Sequence record: LC819005.1
DNA length: 64,000 nt
Direction: 5' to 3' (one strand)
This document shows, in pieces, positions 27,820 to 36,784 of the stretch. Both the position numbers and the translations under genes were made by a program. Positions within the stretch are counted from its first letter, which is position 1. Every line of letters starts with the position of its first letter. The notes below the pieces were generated by a model. The model was not told the origin of the DNA and searched no databases. It was given only the letters and a program-made list of their open reading frames with translations.

Positions 27820-29553
27820 TCAGCGGCGGCTGATGATATCGACGCGCTGCGCGAGTAGGGTAAAAAAAGTGTTCACCACATCGAGCGGAATCAGGTGCGG
27901 GAAGCGGGGCAGACCCATTTCCTTGCCACTGGTTTCCGGGATCGCGACCAAGGCACGAGTTGAGTCGTCCTTGAACTTGTTGATCGCTTCTTCCAGGATG
28001 GCGGTGGCTTCCTCGTCCATCGACAGCACGTTCAGAATCTCCGCGATGTCCTCGCGGCTACTCGTTTCATGCCCTTCGATGAAGATCGACTTGATCCACG
28101 CACCGTTGTTCCGCAGACGCGACGCCTTGGCGTGCGTAGCGATCATCCGGTTGCGTTCCTGTTCGTTCGGGGCGGCCTGCGTGAACGTCGAGTCCACGGT
28201 CTGCACGATACCGGCGATCCAGTGCTCACCATCAGCGATGTAGTTGTCCACATCGGTTGCAGCCACCAGCACTTCCAGACCCTCACGGATCTTGACGCGC
28301 CGGCCCTGCGCCAGCGACGGAATGAACGTCGACTGGTATTCCTTCACGCGATCGAGCGTCATCGAACCACGCTGGCGGCTAACCATGTGGGAGCGATGCT
28401 TGGCGTCGAAGCTGGCGTTGTCCACCCACATCAGCTTGGCGATGTTGATCTTGGCCGAGATCGTCTGGGTATTCTCGATCCCTTCCTTGGTCACCAACGA
28501 GCGCACGTAGTCGAAACCACGCGGCCAGATGAGACACGCCATGCCCCAGAACAGGATGTTCAGATCCTGAATCTTGATCAGTGAACGCAACTCTTGATTG
28601 CTGTCCACCCGCACGCTGTGTTCGTAGATGTGCTCGAAACAGAAGTCGAGCAACCAGCTGTTGATGTAGCTCTGCTCGTTGGAGAACACCAAACCAAAGG
28701 TCTCGCGACCCAGCTCGATCTTCTCTTCCTGCAGACGACGTTGCAGCTCGATCAGCGACGACTCGGTCGGCGCCGACAGCGTGATCCAGAAGCCCGAGTG
28801 CCACAGCGGAATCGAGACGATACCACCGAAGCCCATGATCGAGCGCACCCGCAGGATCGCCTTCTCGCCGGTGTAACCACTGGCGCCAGCTTCTGCGAGC
28901 CGCGGCGGCGTAAAGCCGAGCTTGCCCGATTCGGTTTCCAGATACTGCAGGTAATTACTGCCTTCAGCTTTGACGGACGATTCGAAACGTCGATCGATGA
29001 ATACACTGCGCGAAGCAGCGGCCACGATCGACTGGTTCCAATCCGCACCTTTGCCGCTGCGCAAGGCATTCGGCGAGACGAACGCACGAATGCGCTCGTC
29101 GACTTCCTTGCCACGTTCAGCGAGGAAGAACATCACTTCGCTCGTCCCGTTCAGGTCCGTGCGATCGGCCAGAGGCACCGGCTGGCTGGCGTTGTATTCC
29201 ATCGTCAGCGTCACGCCCTTGTTCTCCGAGGGCTCGAACGTCAGGCCCTCGTAGTCGGCGTGCACGGCATCGGCCGCACCGATGTTAAAGCCGCCGCCGG
29301 TGGTTTGACCCACCAGCACCGGACGATCCTTCTGGTCCTTCGGCTGCGCTTGCGGAGCTGCAGCGGCCTGCTGCTGGGCAGGCGCAGCTGCTTGTGCTTG
29401 AACAGGCGCTGCCGGAGCAGCAGCCTGCGGTGCAGGTGCCCGGATGGGCGAGGGGACCTTCACCACCGGGTCCTGAGCAACCGGCTGGGCCGGCAACTCA
29501 GCTTGCGGGGTGACGTCGATCCCGGCCTGCACTTGATCGTTATTCTCACTCAT
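27820..29553 (-). CDS. Conserved hypothetical protein, putative tail/baseplate-hub assembly chaperone (T4 gp26-like segment)
   Basis: 577 aa with a P/A/Q-rich N-terminus. QDLNILFWGM resembles the gp26 DxxYLF motif. Ends just after T TTT TTT. Confidence 0.65.
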   Translation of the reverse strand: MSENNDQVQAGIDVTPQAELPAQPVAQDPVVKVPSPIRAPAPQAAAPAAPVQAQAAAPAQQQAAAAPQAQPKDQKDRPVLVGQTTGGGFNIGAADAVHADYEGLTFEPSENKGVTLTMEYNASQPVPLADRTDLNGTSEVMFFLAERGKEVDERIRAFVSPNALRSGKGADWNQSIVAAASRSVFIDRRFESSVKAEGSNYLQYLETESGKLGFTPPRLAEAGASGYTGEKAILRVRSIMGFGGIVSIPLWHSGFWITLSAPTESSLIELQRRLQEEKIELGRETFGLVFSNEQSYINSWLLDFCFEHIYEHSVRVDSNQELRSLIKIQDLNILFWGMACLIWPRGFDYVRSLVTKEGIENTQTISAKINIAKLMWVDNASFDAKHRSHMVSRQRGSMTLDRVKEYQSTFIPSLAQGRRVKIREGLEVLVAATDVDNYIADGEHWIAGIVQTVDSTFTQAAPNEQERNRMIATHAKASRLRNNGAWIKSIFIEGHETSSREDIAEILNVLSMDEEATAILEEAINKFKDDSTRALVAIPETSGKEMGLPRFPHLIPLDVVNTFFTLLAQRVDIISRR

Positions 29554-29568
29554 GTTGCGAGTTCCTGG

Positions 29569-30372
29569 TTACGCCGGTTCGGCTTCCGTTTCAGCAGCGG
29601 GTGCAGCTTGCGGATCTTCGGGGACCGGTACGGGATCAGCGCCCGTCGTATCGGCGACGATGTTCTTGATCTTCGCGAGATTCGACATCAGGCTGTGGTT
29701 CAGCTGGCTGGCGAGGTCGGGGTTGGTCTCCTTCAGCGCGATCAGAGCTTCTTGCAGCTGCTCCGAAGCGTGCACGACGATCGGCATCAGCGCCGAGTCG
29801 TAGCGTTCCATGAACTGAACGTATTCCGAGAACACCGCGCACGAGATCATCAGATCTTCCTGGCTGGTAGCGCCGGCGTCCTTGTCCTTGTGCTGGTTGC
29901 GGATCTTGTTCAGTTCTTCGACCAGACGCTTCGTGTCGTTCGTGATCGCATGGATGTTACGCGAGAGCAGGCGCTTGTTACGCACCTGCTCCAGCAGTTC
30001 TTGTTCGCGCAGCAGCGGCACGAGCGCGAGCGACGTACGCAGCAGGTCGACGCAGGCGAGGTAGATGCCGTTGACTTCGGCCCAGGCGTTGTTGGTCGCG
30101 AAATAGTGGTCCGCGTGCTTTTCCCACGAACGCTTCTCGCCCTTACGCGAGCGCTGGTCCTTGCCGATCGTGCCCTTGCCCATTTCCATGACGGCGTCGG
30201 ACAGGAGCTTCTTCGCGCGCGGCGACGGCACGGCGGCCGCTGCCGTCATCAGTTGACCTACCGTGGCGATCGCGGCGACGGAGTCTTGTTGCTGTTCTAC
30301 TTCTTTCAGCTGGGCAGCCGGCGTCTTGGGCCATTTGATGCCCGGATTCTTGGGTCGGGATTTCTTTGCCAT
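29569..30372 (-). CDS. Conserved hypothetical helical protein
   Basis: 267 aa with typical codon usage. First gene of the minus-strand operon. Confidence 0.7.
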   Translation of the reverse strand: MAKKSRPKNPGIKWPKTPAAQLKEVEQQQDSVAAIATVGQLMTAAAAVPSPRAKKLLSDAVMEMGKGTIGKDQRSRKGEKRSWEKHADHYFATNNAWAEVNGIYLACVDLLRTSLALVPLLREQELLEQVRNKRLLSRNIHAITNDTKRLVEELNKIRNQHKDKDAGATSQEDLMISCAVFSEYVQFMERYDSALMPIVVHASEQLQEALIALKETNPDLASQLNHSLMSNLAKIKNIVADTTGADPVPVPEDPQAAPAAETEAEPA

Positions 30373-30551
30373 GATAGTGGTTTGGTGAATCTGGGGTGTT
30401 GATGGAACATGTAATGTGGCGAATCTTTTGACACGTCGAAAAAATGACGTCCGCCAAATACAGCACTACAGAATTTCAAGCTAGGTAAATAATTACATGC
30501 AAACTATTTACCTACGATTTGGGTTCTATAGAAAGACATGAGGAAGTTTAA

Positions 30552-31430
30552 ATGCTCGCTATTCTGCAAGACCATCTGAGTCTGTCCGTCTCGCCGGAGT
30601 TATACTCCCTGTACGAGCGGGCCAATGACCTGTTCGACAAGTACGACCTCGAAGACTATCAGCTCGGCTACGAAGACCTGTTGGTCTCGGCTGATGGTGC
30701 GGGTGACGGAGTCTCGGTTGCCGACAATGACGCGATCTGGCGTCTGACCATGCAGTTCCTGCGACAGATCACTACCGAGCACCAGATCACGCTCTCGGAT
30801 GACGCGTCGCTCCTGAACTACATCCAGGTACTGGAGTTCGTGCGTCAGATCGAAGCCACGGAGTTGACGCAAGAGTGTCTGGATGCACTCTCCTGTGACG
30901 AGTTCGACAACAAGGACGCGTTTGAGCGCTGCATGCTGATTGTTTCCGACATTCCGGAAGAAGAAAGCATGCTCTTCATCGACTCGATCCCCGACTGTGT
31001 GATCGCGACGATGCGGGAGTATTTCTTCCGTCGCACTGAACTGGAGATCGAGACCGATCGTTTGGACCCGGCTTCCAAAGAGATCTACCGGGAGATGGAC
31101 AAGTTCGCCCGTGTGGTGAAAGGTCAGTCAATGCGCTGCTACCAGTATCTCTTCAACGATGAAGGGGCGCTGGGTCTGCCGTTTGAAGCTCACTGGCGTG
31201 AGAACGAAGAGTACCTGCTGCGTTTGCCGGTTGAAGCTATGGTCTACGAGTGTATCGGCTACGCGCTGATCTCCGAAGGCGGGCTGAACAATCCGCAGGC
31301 GACTATCATGGACTGTGTGGGCAAGGCTGTCTCGGATATCGAACGCACGACTGCCATCCAGTACCAAATTTCCAAAATCCTGATCGACTACCGGAATGAA
31401 GTGGCCTCCGGCATCGGTCTCGTTGTCTAA
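30552..31430 (+). CDS. Hypothetical acidic protein, co-transcribed with the vRNAP subunit
   Basis: 292 aa with RBS GAGGAA, ending 8 nt before the vRNAP beta' gene. Confidence 0.75.
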   Translation: MLAILQDHLSLSVSPELYSLYERANDLFDKYDLEDYQLGYEDLLVSADGAGDGVSVADNDAIWRLTMQFLRQITTEHQITLSDDASLLNYIQVLEFVRQIEATELTQECLDALSCDEFDNKDAFERCMLIVSDIPEEESMLFIDSIPDCVIATMREYFFRRTELEIETDRLDPASKEIYREMDKFARVVKGQSMRCYQYLFNDEGALGLPFEAHWRENEEYLLRLPVEAMVYECIGYALISEGGLNNPQATIMDCVGKAVSDIERTTAIQYQISKILIDYRNEVASGIGLVV

Positions 31431-31438
31431 GACCCGTC

Positions 31439-32779
31439 ATGAATAAACGAGAGTTTTATCTACGTGCGCTGAAGAATGACGCGTATCTGGTCACGGCCTG
31501 GAACATTGCCTGTTACAGCCTGATCGCCGAAGGCCACGAAGACTGGAAGAAGAACGCTTATCCGTACCGGCTGGTGCAGATGGCGAACGGCTACTACTTC
31601 GTGGACCCGGACGACACTTCGAAGCTGATTCAGATCGAGGACTCCGTACCCGGCAAACCGCTCTTCGCTCGTAACGAGCTGATCGAGCTGGACGTTGGCG
31701 AACTGGCTAACGTCTACGACAAGGTGATTACCACCTACGGCAACGTGCTGGCGAATCAGCTGATGTTGGTGCGTGCCTTTGGGGGCAAGATCAAGTTTAT
31801 GGTCGGCCGGATCAGCGTCAAGAAGATCGAGAAGATCATCGAGCTGCGTCTGGAAGACAAGCCCGATCCCAAGATGCTGGTGGAAGCCGGACTGGGTGCG
31901 GAGGAAGGCAGCAATCCGCTCAAGGCGCCGCTTTACGTCGACGAATACCTGCGCTTCTGTGACGGTGCGTTCTCGCTTGTGGCCTACACCCAGCTGTTCA
32001 CTCCTGCAGATACTCGCAAGACCATGACGCCGCCTCCGGGTGTCAAGGAACTGCGCGACATGCTGGTCAAGCAGAACAAGGATCACCTGCATGACCGGGC
32101 GGTGGTGGCCGACATCGGGGAAAAGCTGCAGAAGCTCGACGCCGAGTATCTGAAGGGTGACCGGGGTGAGGACTTCCTGATCTCCAGCAAGCTGCGCAAG
32201 ATCGTGCGACCGCGTCTGTTCCTGATGTACGGTGCAGAATCGGGCGTGGAAGAAAAGGTGGACGTCGACCTGATCCAGAACTCCTTGACGGAAGGCTGGG
32301 ACATCGACAAATTCCCTTCGATGAACAACGCCCTGCGTGCGGGCTCGTTCAACCGCGGTAAGCAGACCGAGCTGGGCGGTGAGGCTGTGAAGGATCTGTT
32401 CCGGGCTTCCGGTAACTTGAAGATCTCCAGTCCCGACTGTGGCTCGACCGTGGGCCTGCCTTCGTACTTCGAAGAGGAAGACGCCGACCGGATCATTGGC
32501 TTTAGCGCCATCGAGCCGGGTGGTCCGACCAAGATCACGCAAGAGAACGTTGGCAACTACCTGGGTAAGCAGATTCACTTGCGCTCGCCCATGACTTGTA
32601 AGAACTCGGTGACTGACTACTGCGCGGTGTGTCTGGGTGATCGTCTGGCGAACACGCCGACGGGTCTTTCGATGGCCGTGGCTGACTACGGTTCGGCGTT
32701 CCTGTACATCTACATGTCGGCAGCGCACTCGAAAGGTATTCAGGTGGCACGACTGGACATCAAGAAGCAGCTGATGTAA
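31439..32779 (+). CDS. Virion RNA polymerase beta'-like subunit (phiKZ gp80-like)
   Basis: SFNRGKQTELGGE and zinc ligands DCGST, RSPMTC, YCAVCLG match the beta' C-terminal half. Confidence 0.85.
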   Translation: MNKREFYLRALKNDAYLVTAWNIACYSLIAEGHEDWKKNAYPYRLVQMANGYYFVDPDDTSKLIQIEDSVPGKPLFARNELIELDVGELANVYDKVITTYGNVLANQLMLVRAFGGKIKFMVGRISVKKIEKIIELRLEDKPDPKMLVEAGLGAEEGSNPLKAPLYVDEYLRFCDGAFSLVAYTQLFTPADTRKTMTPPPGVKELRDMLVKQNKDHLHDRAVVADIGEKLQKLDAEYLKGDRGEDFLISSKLRKIVRPRLFLMYGAESGVEEKVDVDLIQNSLTEGWDIDKFPSMNNALRAGSFNRGKQTELGGEAVKDLFRASGNLKISSPDCGSTVGLPSYFEEEDADRIIGFSAIEPGGPTKITQENVGNYLGKQIHLRSPMTCKNSVTDYCAVCLGDRLANTPTGLSMAVADYGSAFLYIYMSAAHSKGIQVARLDIKKQLM

Positions 32780-32786
32780 AACGACG

Positions 32787-32822
32787 GCATATTGGGCAGG
32801 GCTTGCGCCCTGCCCTTTATGT
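32787..32822. terminator. Bidirectional terminator
   Basis: GGGCAGGG/CCCTGCCC stem flanked by GCATA and TTATG. Confidence 0.8.
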
Positions 32823-33403
32823 CAGCTTACCGGGAAATCTGCTTTCTTGATCTTCACCATGCGGCCATCAGGGTGATGCCACACAATGCCTTCAATCGGC
32901 AGATCCTTCAGGTACGCCCTCAACCCATCAAAGGTGCGCGGACAGTCTTCGATCACATCCTGCCCGTGCGGGTAGAGGCGATGTTCAGTCAGTCCTTCCG
33001 GATTGGCGCCATGACGCGTTCCAATTTTTGGCCCGCACGCTTCGTAGGTCCCATTGGGGATTCCATCAGGGTAGCTCTCACGAGCCCGGTTCACAGCTTC
33101 CATCACGTGCTTACCCGACGGGGTATCGGCAGTGACCCAACCCGGCCAGTGGCCGGTAATCGGATCAGGTTCCGGTTGGGCGGGGACAAACGTATCGGGA
33201 CGCTTACGACCTGTCTTCAGATCGTAACGCATGAAAACCTGGCCGTCCTGGATAAGCACGGCCACACCATCCCACTTACGCGTTGCAACGCCTTCTCCTT
33301 CAGCCACCCATTGTGCCGCGGGCATGACTTCATCACGCACACGACGGCTGCCGGTTTCATCACATTCAAGATTACGATGGAATAACGAAACGATCTTCTT
33401 CAC
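32822..33403 (-). CDS. RNA ligase-like nucleotidyltransferase (DUF5565-like); start GTG at 33403
   Basis: Motif I ATRKWDG, GTYEACGP, EGIVW and terminal KIK. GGAG RBS before GTG AAG AAG ATC. Confidence 0.75.
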   Translation of the reverse strand: MKKIVSLFHRNLECDETGSRRVRDEVMPAAQWVAEGEGVATRKWDGVAVLIQDGQVFMRYDLKTGRKRPDTFVPAQPEPDPITGHWPGWVTADTPSGKHVMEAVNRARESYPDGIPNGTYEACGPKIGTRHGANPEGLTEHRLYPHGQDVIEDCPRTFDGLRAYLKDLPIEGIVWHHPDGRMVKIKKADFPVS

Positions 33404-33533
33404 AACAACTCCGATAGTGGATAGAAAAGTTTCGAATCCCACCACCCCCACCGGAGCTACTACTTTACAACAGGACTATTACGGCAGCACAAACGCCGGG
33501 GGTCCCACCCCGGCGCCTGCGGTTAGCTAGGTT

Positions 33534-33705
33534 TGGTCATTGCTCTCTGAGGATGGATTCGAACCATCTTGCTTGGGCTGAGCCCGGACCCAATGACAGG
33601 CCGACTGTGTCGATTGCGCACACACAAGGAATGAATCTACGCAATCCCGCTTTAGGTATTCACAGTCCTGCAGACTTGGCTTACGCCTCCTCCACTTTGT
33701 ATACC
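33534..33705 (-). ncRNA. tRNA-like structured RNA candidate (non-canonical)
   Basis: Perfect T-arm GATGG-TTCGAAT-CCATC (33552-33568), GGC-GTAA-GCC hairpin, AGT-CTGCAGG-ACT arm, possible pseudoknot, and a downstream terminator. Confidence 0.45.
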
Positions 33706-33788
33706 ATTTTCACCCCTCGTCCCGCTAACGAGCACGAATGCATGCGACTGCTAGTGCTCCATGGTATTTCTGTTGCTGTAAAAAACTA

Positions 33789-34097
33789 CTAAATACTGTC
33801 TCGCGGAGCCAGCACCTCTTCGAGCACGACAGCGGGCGAGTACATCGCCAGCATCTTGTCATGATCCATGCCTTGCTCCATACGCATCTCGGCAAGCGTA
33901 TAGTCGTTTTCCAGGGCGACCTTGATACCGCGCGAGGTCAGCATTTCCTGGATCAGAGCGAGAATGGCGGTTTTGCCACTGCCCACGCCACCCGATACAG
34001 CGATCTTGACAATCGGGCGATCGGTATTCGCTAGTACGTCCGTGGCGAGACTAAGTTCCGGACGAACACGCACTTCTGCTACGGGGGTGTCAGACAT
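33789..34097 (-). CDS. Small P-loop NTPase/kinase-like protein
   Basis: Walker A KIAVSGGVGSGKT in a protein of only 102 aa. GGAG RBS. Confidence 0.7.
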   Translation of the reverse strand: MSDTPVAEVRVRPELSLATDVLANTDRPIVKIAVSGGVGSGKTAILALIQEMLTSRGIKVALENDYTLAEMRMEQGMDHDKMLAMYSPAVVLEEVLAPRDSI

Positions 34098-34157
34098 GAA
34101 GCTCTCCTTGGTTGGGTTAGTTACATCAATAACTTAAGCTCGGAGTAAAATCCGGCT

Positions 34158-34844
34158 TCAGTCAACGACGAACGTACCCGACGGCGCAGTAAAGGGACCT
34201 TTGTAACGTGCGACGTTGGAGATACGGAATTCATCCATGTAGCCGCCCAAGGAATAGGCACCTGCGAAGTCACCTCCAATCTGCATCGGCGAGGAGTTAT
34301 TACCAAAGGTCTGGGTGGTCACTGCAACCTGGGCCTGTTGCGCGCCGTCGATATAAATCGTCCACTTGCCGTTATAGCTTTCCAGGGCAAAGTGCTGGCG
34401 TGTCTTGACCTTAAGCGCTGAGAGCGGCGCATTGATAGTCGGCGTACCACCAGTGGCATCATCCGCACCAACGAACATACCACCTGACGTAATCTGAATC
34501 CGTGCCGAACTACCGGACGAACTCGACGCCTTGTAAAGCGCGGTCTGAAAGCCGGTGCCGACCGTATTGAGATACATGAAAAACTCAAGCGTGAATTCCC
34601 CGCTAAGACGAAGCTCGGGTGCATCAGCAGCCTGGACGTAACTCGTACCCGCCGTGACCGCGAGCGACGTGCTACCAATTAAGGGTTGGGCATTGGACAG
34701 AGCCGCAGAACCAAAGACAGAGAAGTTCCGTGCTGGGTTGGCGGCGTCGGTAAAGACGGTGGAACCATTCGCGCCCTCAAAGTGCATCAAGAGCTTGGTT
34801 TTGACAGCCCGTGTAAGAGGAACAGACAACAACATTTCTAACAT
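34158..34844 (-). CDS. Concanavalin A/LamG-like virion accessory protein
   Basis: LLMHFEG, EFTLEFF and MDEFRISNVARY. N-terminus MLEMLL. Confidence 0.8.
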   Translation of the reverse strand: MLEMLLSVPLTRAVKTKLLMHFEGANGSTVFTDAANPARNFSVFGSAALSNAQPLIGSTSLAVTAGTSYVQAADAPELRLSGEFTLEFFMYLNTVGTGFQTALYKASSSSGSSARIQITSGGMFVGADDATGGTPTINAPLSALKVKTRQHFALESYNGKWTIYIDGAQQAQVAVTTQTFGNNSSPMQIGGDFAGAYSLGGYMDEFRISNVARYKGPFTAPSGTFVVD

Positions 34845-34919
34845 GGCGGCGTACTCGTATTTAACATACGATTCCGCGAGTCCTTTGTATGAATTACCTC
34901 ACCCACCTAGGAGACACCG

Positions 34920-35054
34920 ATGCTGTACATGCCGACGATTGCTGCGTATATGGGCGTTCGCGCCTGTATGACCATGAGCTGGATGTGGCCCATGACCGTC
35001 ATGCAGATGTTTATGCCTGTCGCGCCGCAGGCTGATATTCGCCCTCGGCCTTAA
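34920..35054 (+). CDS. Met-rich small ORF (44 aa)
   Basis: TAGGAG RBS. Hand translation MLYMPTIAAYMGVRACMTMSWMWPMTVMQMFMPVAPQADIRPRP has 10 Met. Confidence 0.5.
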   Translation: MLYMPTIAAYMGVRACMTMSWMWPMTVMQMFMPVAPQADIRPRP

Positions 35055-35221
35055 ATTTACCGACCTACCTTATTGGATGCGAGTGCGTGACACCACTCGT
35101 GGGGATGCTGCGAAATGCACACCGGAGGTGTGGGAAATATTAAGCTATTATACCTAGTGCGTAAGCACTCTGGAATCTTATAGAACAACAATAACCTAAT
35201 CACACGTAGCGGAGATAGACC

Positions 35222-35443
35222 ATGAGCGGCTGCTGTATCGCTCCGGATACCACGGAGCTGGAAGAAGAATGCATGGACCGGCTAATGCCGTGGAAGTGCT
35301 ACTCGAATGATCTGCGTCAGTTCGAAGAGTTTCCTACCATCACTGCCATGGCTGCGGCTAAGGGCGTGAGCGTGGAGATGATCATGAATGCCATTGGCGG
35401 GAACAAGGGCAACTTCGAAGGCATGCATTTTGTCAAACGCTGA
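35222..35443 (+). CDS. Small protein with an HTH-like (NUMOD1-like) segment
   Basis: EEFPTITAMAAAKGVSVEMIMNAI. GGAG RBS. Confidence 0.55.
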   Translation: MSGCCIAPDTTELEEECMDRLMPWKCYSNDLRQFEEFPTITAMAAAKGVSVEMIMNAIGGNKGNFEGMHFVKR

Positions 35444-35522
35444 TCCGAACGGGGAGGGCAACCTCTCCGTTTATGCCGCCTATTCGATGTAGTACCTTTC
35501 CATCCACTTTAATAACAACGCC

Positions 35523-35882
35523 ATGCATCTCTTTCTCCATTTCACTTTCCCGGTCTTGTTCTTCTGCTTGATCGGCGGTCACTTCTTCGGCGACTTCGTG
35601 TTCCAAAACGATTTCGTCGCCAAAGCGAAGAACTTCACCCTCACGCCCGATCCGCGTTTCTGGGTGCCGGTGCTGCTCAGTCATTGCTGGGTGCATGCCA
35701 TGTTAGTACTGGCGATTACCGGTACATTCTGGGCAGGGCTCTTCATGCTCGTGACCCACTGGTGTATCGACTGGTTCAAATGTGCGGGTTTGCTCGGCAA
35801 AGACGGCTTTGGCTTCGTGCTGGACCAGCTACTACACCTCGTGGTCGTGTTCGTGCTTGCGTGGACATTGGCGCCGCTCTAA
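35523..35882 (+). CDS. DUF3307-like membrane protein
   Basis: HFFGDFVFQ...H..VH...THWCID...DQLLH pattern with 3-4 hydrophobic helices. Confidence 0.8.
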   Translation: MHLFLHFTFPVLFFCLIGGHFFGDFVFQNDFVAKAKNFTLTPDPRFWVPVLLSHCWVHAMLVLAITGTFWAGLFMLVTHWCIDWFKCAGLLGKDGFGFVLDQLLHLVVVFVLAWTLAPL

Positions 35883-35957
35883 GGCTCTATTGTGTGCTAG
35901 GGTAATCCCTCCATCTATTACCCGCATTTTCCATTCATTTTCTTGGAGTTTAATTCC

Positions 35958-36767
35958 ATGGGCAAGCAAAACGCCAAGGCTGGTGGTTTCCAGCTGGCGC
36001 AACAAGTCGCGCAACAACAAGCGGCTGAACAAGCCAAGCAAGACAACGCGTCGCAAGAAAGCACCACCCCGGTCGTGAAGCAAGAAGGCGTCGCTGACGA
36101 AAGCAAGAAGGACGTCGTCGAGCAAGGCGAGCAATCGCAAGAAGGCACGCAGGAAAGCACCCAGGAAGGCGCTGAAGGCACCGGTACGGGCTCGCAGGAG
36201 CCGACGGACATCATCACCATCCCGATCACGCCGGTCGCTCCTGCGGCCGCTCCGGTCGTGGAAAAGGCTATCGTCGTCGAGAAGTCGCAACCGGTTCCGG
36301 CCAATGCGACCCTCACCGAAAAGCTGTCCTCGATCCTGAAGGACGTGCCGCCGGCGCATCAGACGGATATCAACCGCATCCTCACGTATCTCGAACGCAT
36401 GACGCCGAAGCGTCCGATCGACACGAAGACGGGTGTGGCTGAACAAGTCGCGCTGTACCGTTCGATCCAGAACATCATCAACCGTCAGGAAGACTACTTC
36501 ACGCAGTTGTTCTCGGCGTTGCTGTTCATCTTCAAGAACGAAGCGCAAGGCGCGCTGGGCGATCGTTATCGCAATCGTTTCATGGACAACGTCACGTTGG
36601 CCGCGGGCGATCGCAAGGCCTTCGCACACATCGGTCATGCGCTGTTCCTGCTGGCCGATCCGCAAAGCCGTCAACTGGCGCTGCGCCAGCTGAACCTGGA
36701 AAAGGTTCTGGAAAACGGTCTCACGGCAGCGGGTCAGGCGCGCGTGCTGCATTACTTCGGCGTGTAA
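35958..36767 (+). CDS. Conserved hypothetical protein with an acidic, disordered N-terminus (start MGKQNAK)
   Basis: Helical C-terminal domain, typical codon usage, and a terminator downstream. Confidence 0.75.
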   Translation: MGKQNAKAGGFQLAQQVAQQQAAEQAKQDNASQESTTPVVKQEGVADESKKDVVEQGEQSQEGTQESTQEGAEGTGTGSQEPTDIITIPITPVAPAAAPVVEKAIVVEKSQPVPANATLTEKLSSILKDVPPAHQTDINRILTYLERMTPKRPIDTKTGVAEQVALYRSIQNIINRQEDYFTQLFSALLFIFKNEAQGALGDRYRNRFMDNVTLAAGDRKAFAHIGHALFLLADPQSRQLALRQLNLEKVLENGLTAAGQARVLHYFGV

Positions 36768-36784
36768 GCTTTCAGGCTTAATCC

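Noticed and set aside
33534-33705. Canonical tRNA-Cys or tRNA-Sec gene
   Set aside because: The T-arm is perfect, but I could not build a proper 7-bp acceptor stem or 5-bp anticodon stem with normal spacing, so it is reported only as tRNA-like.
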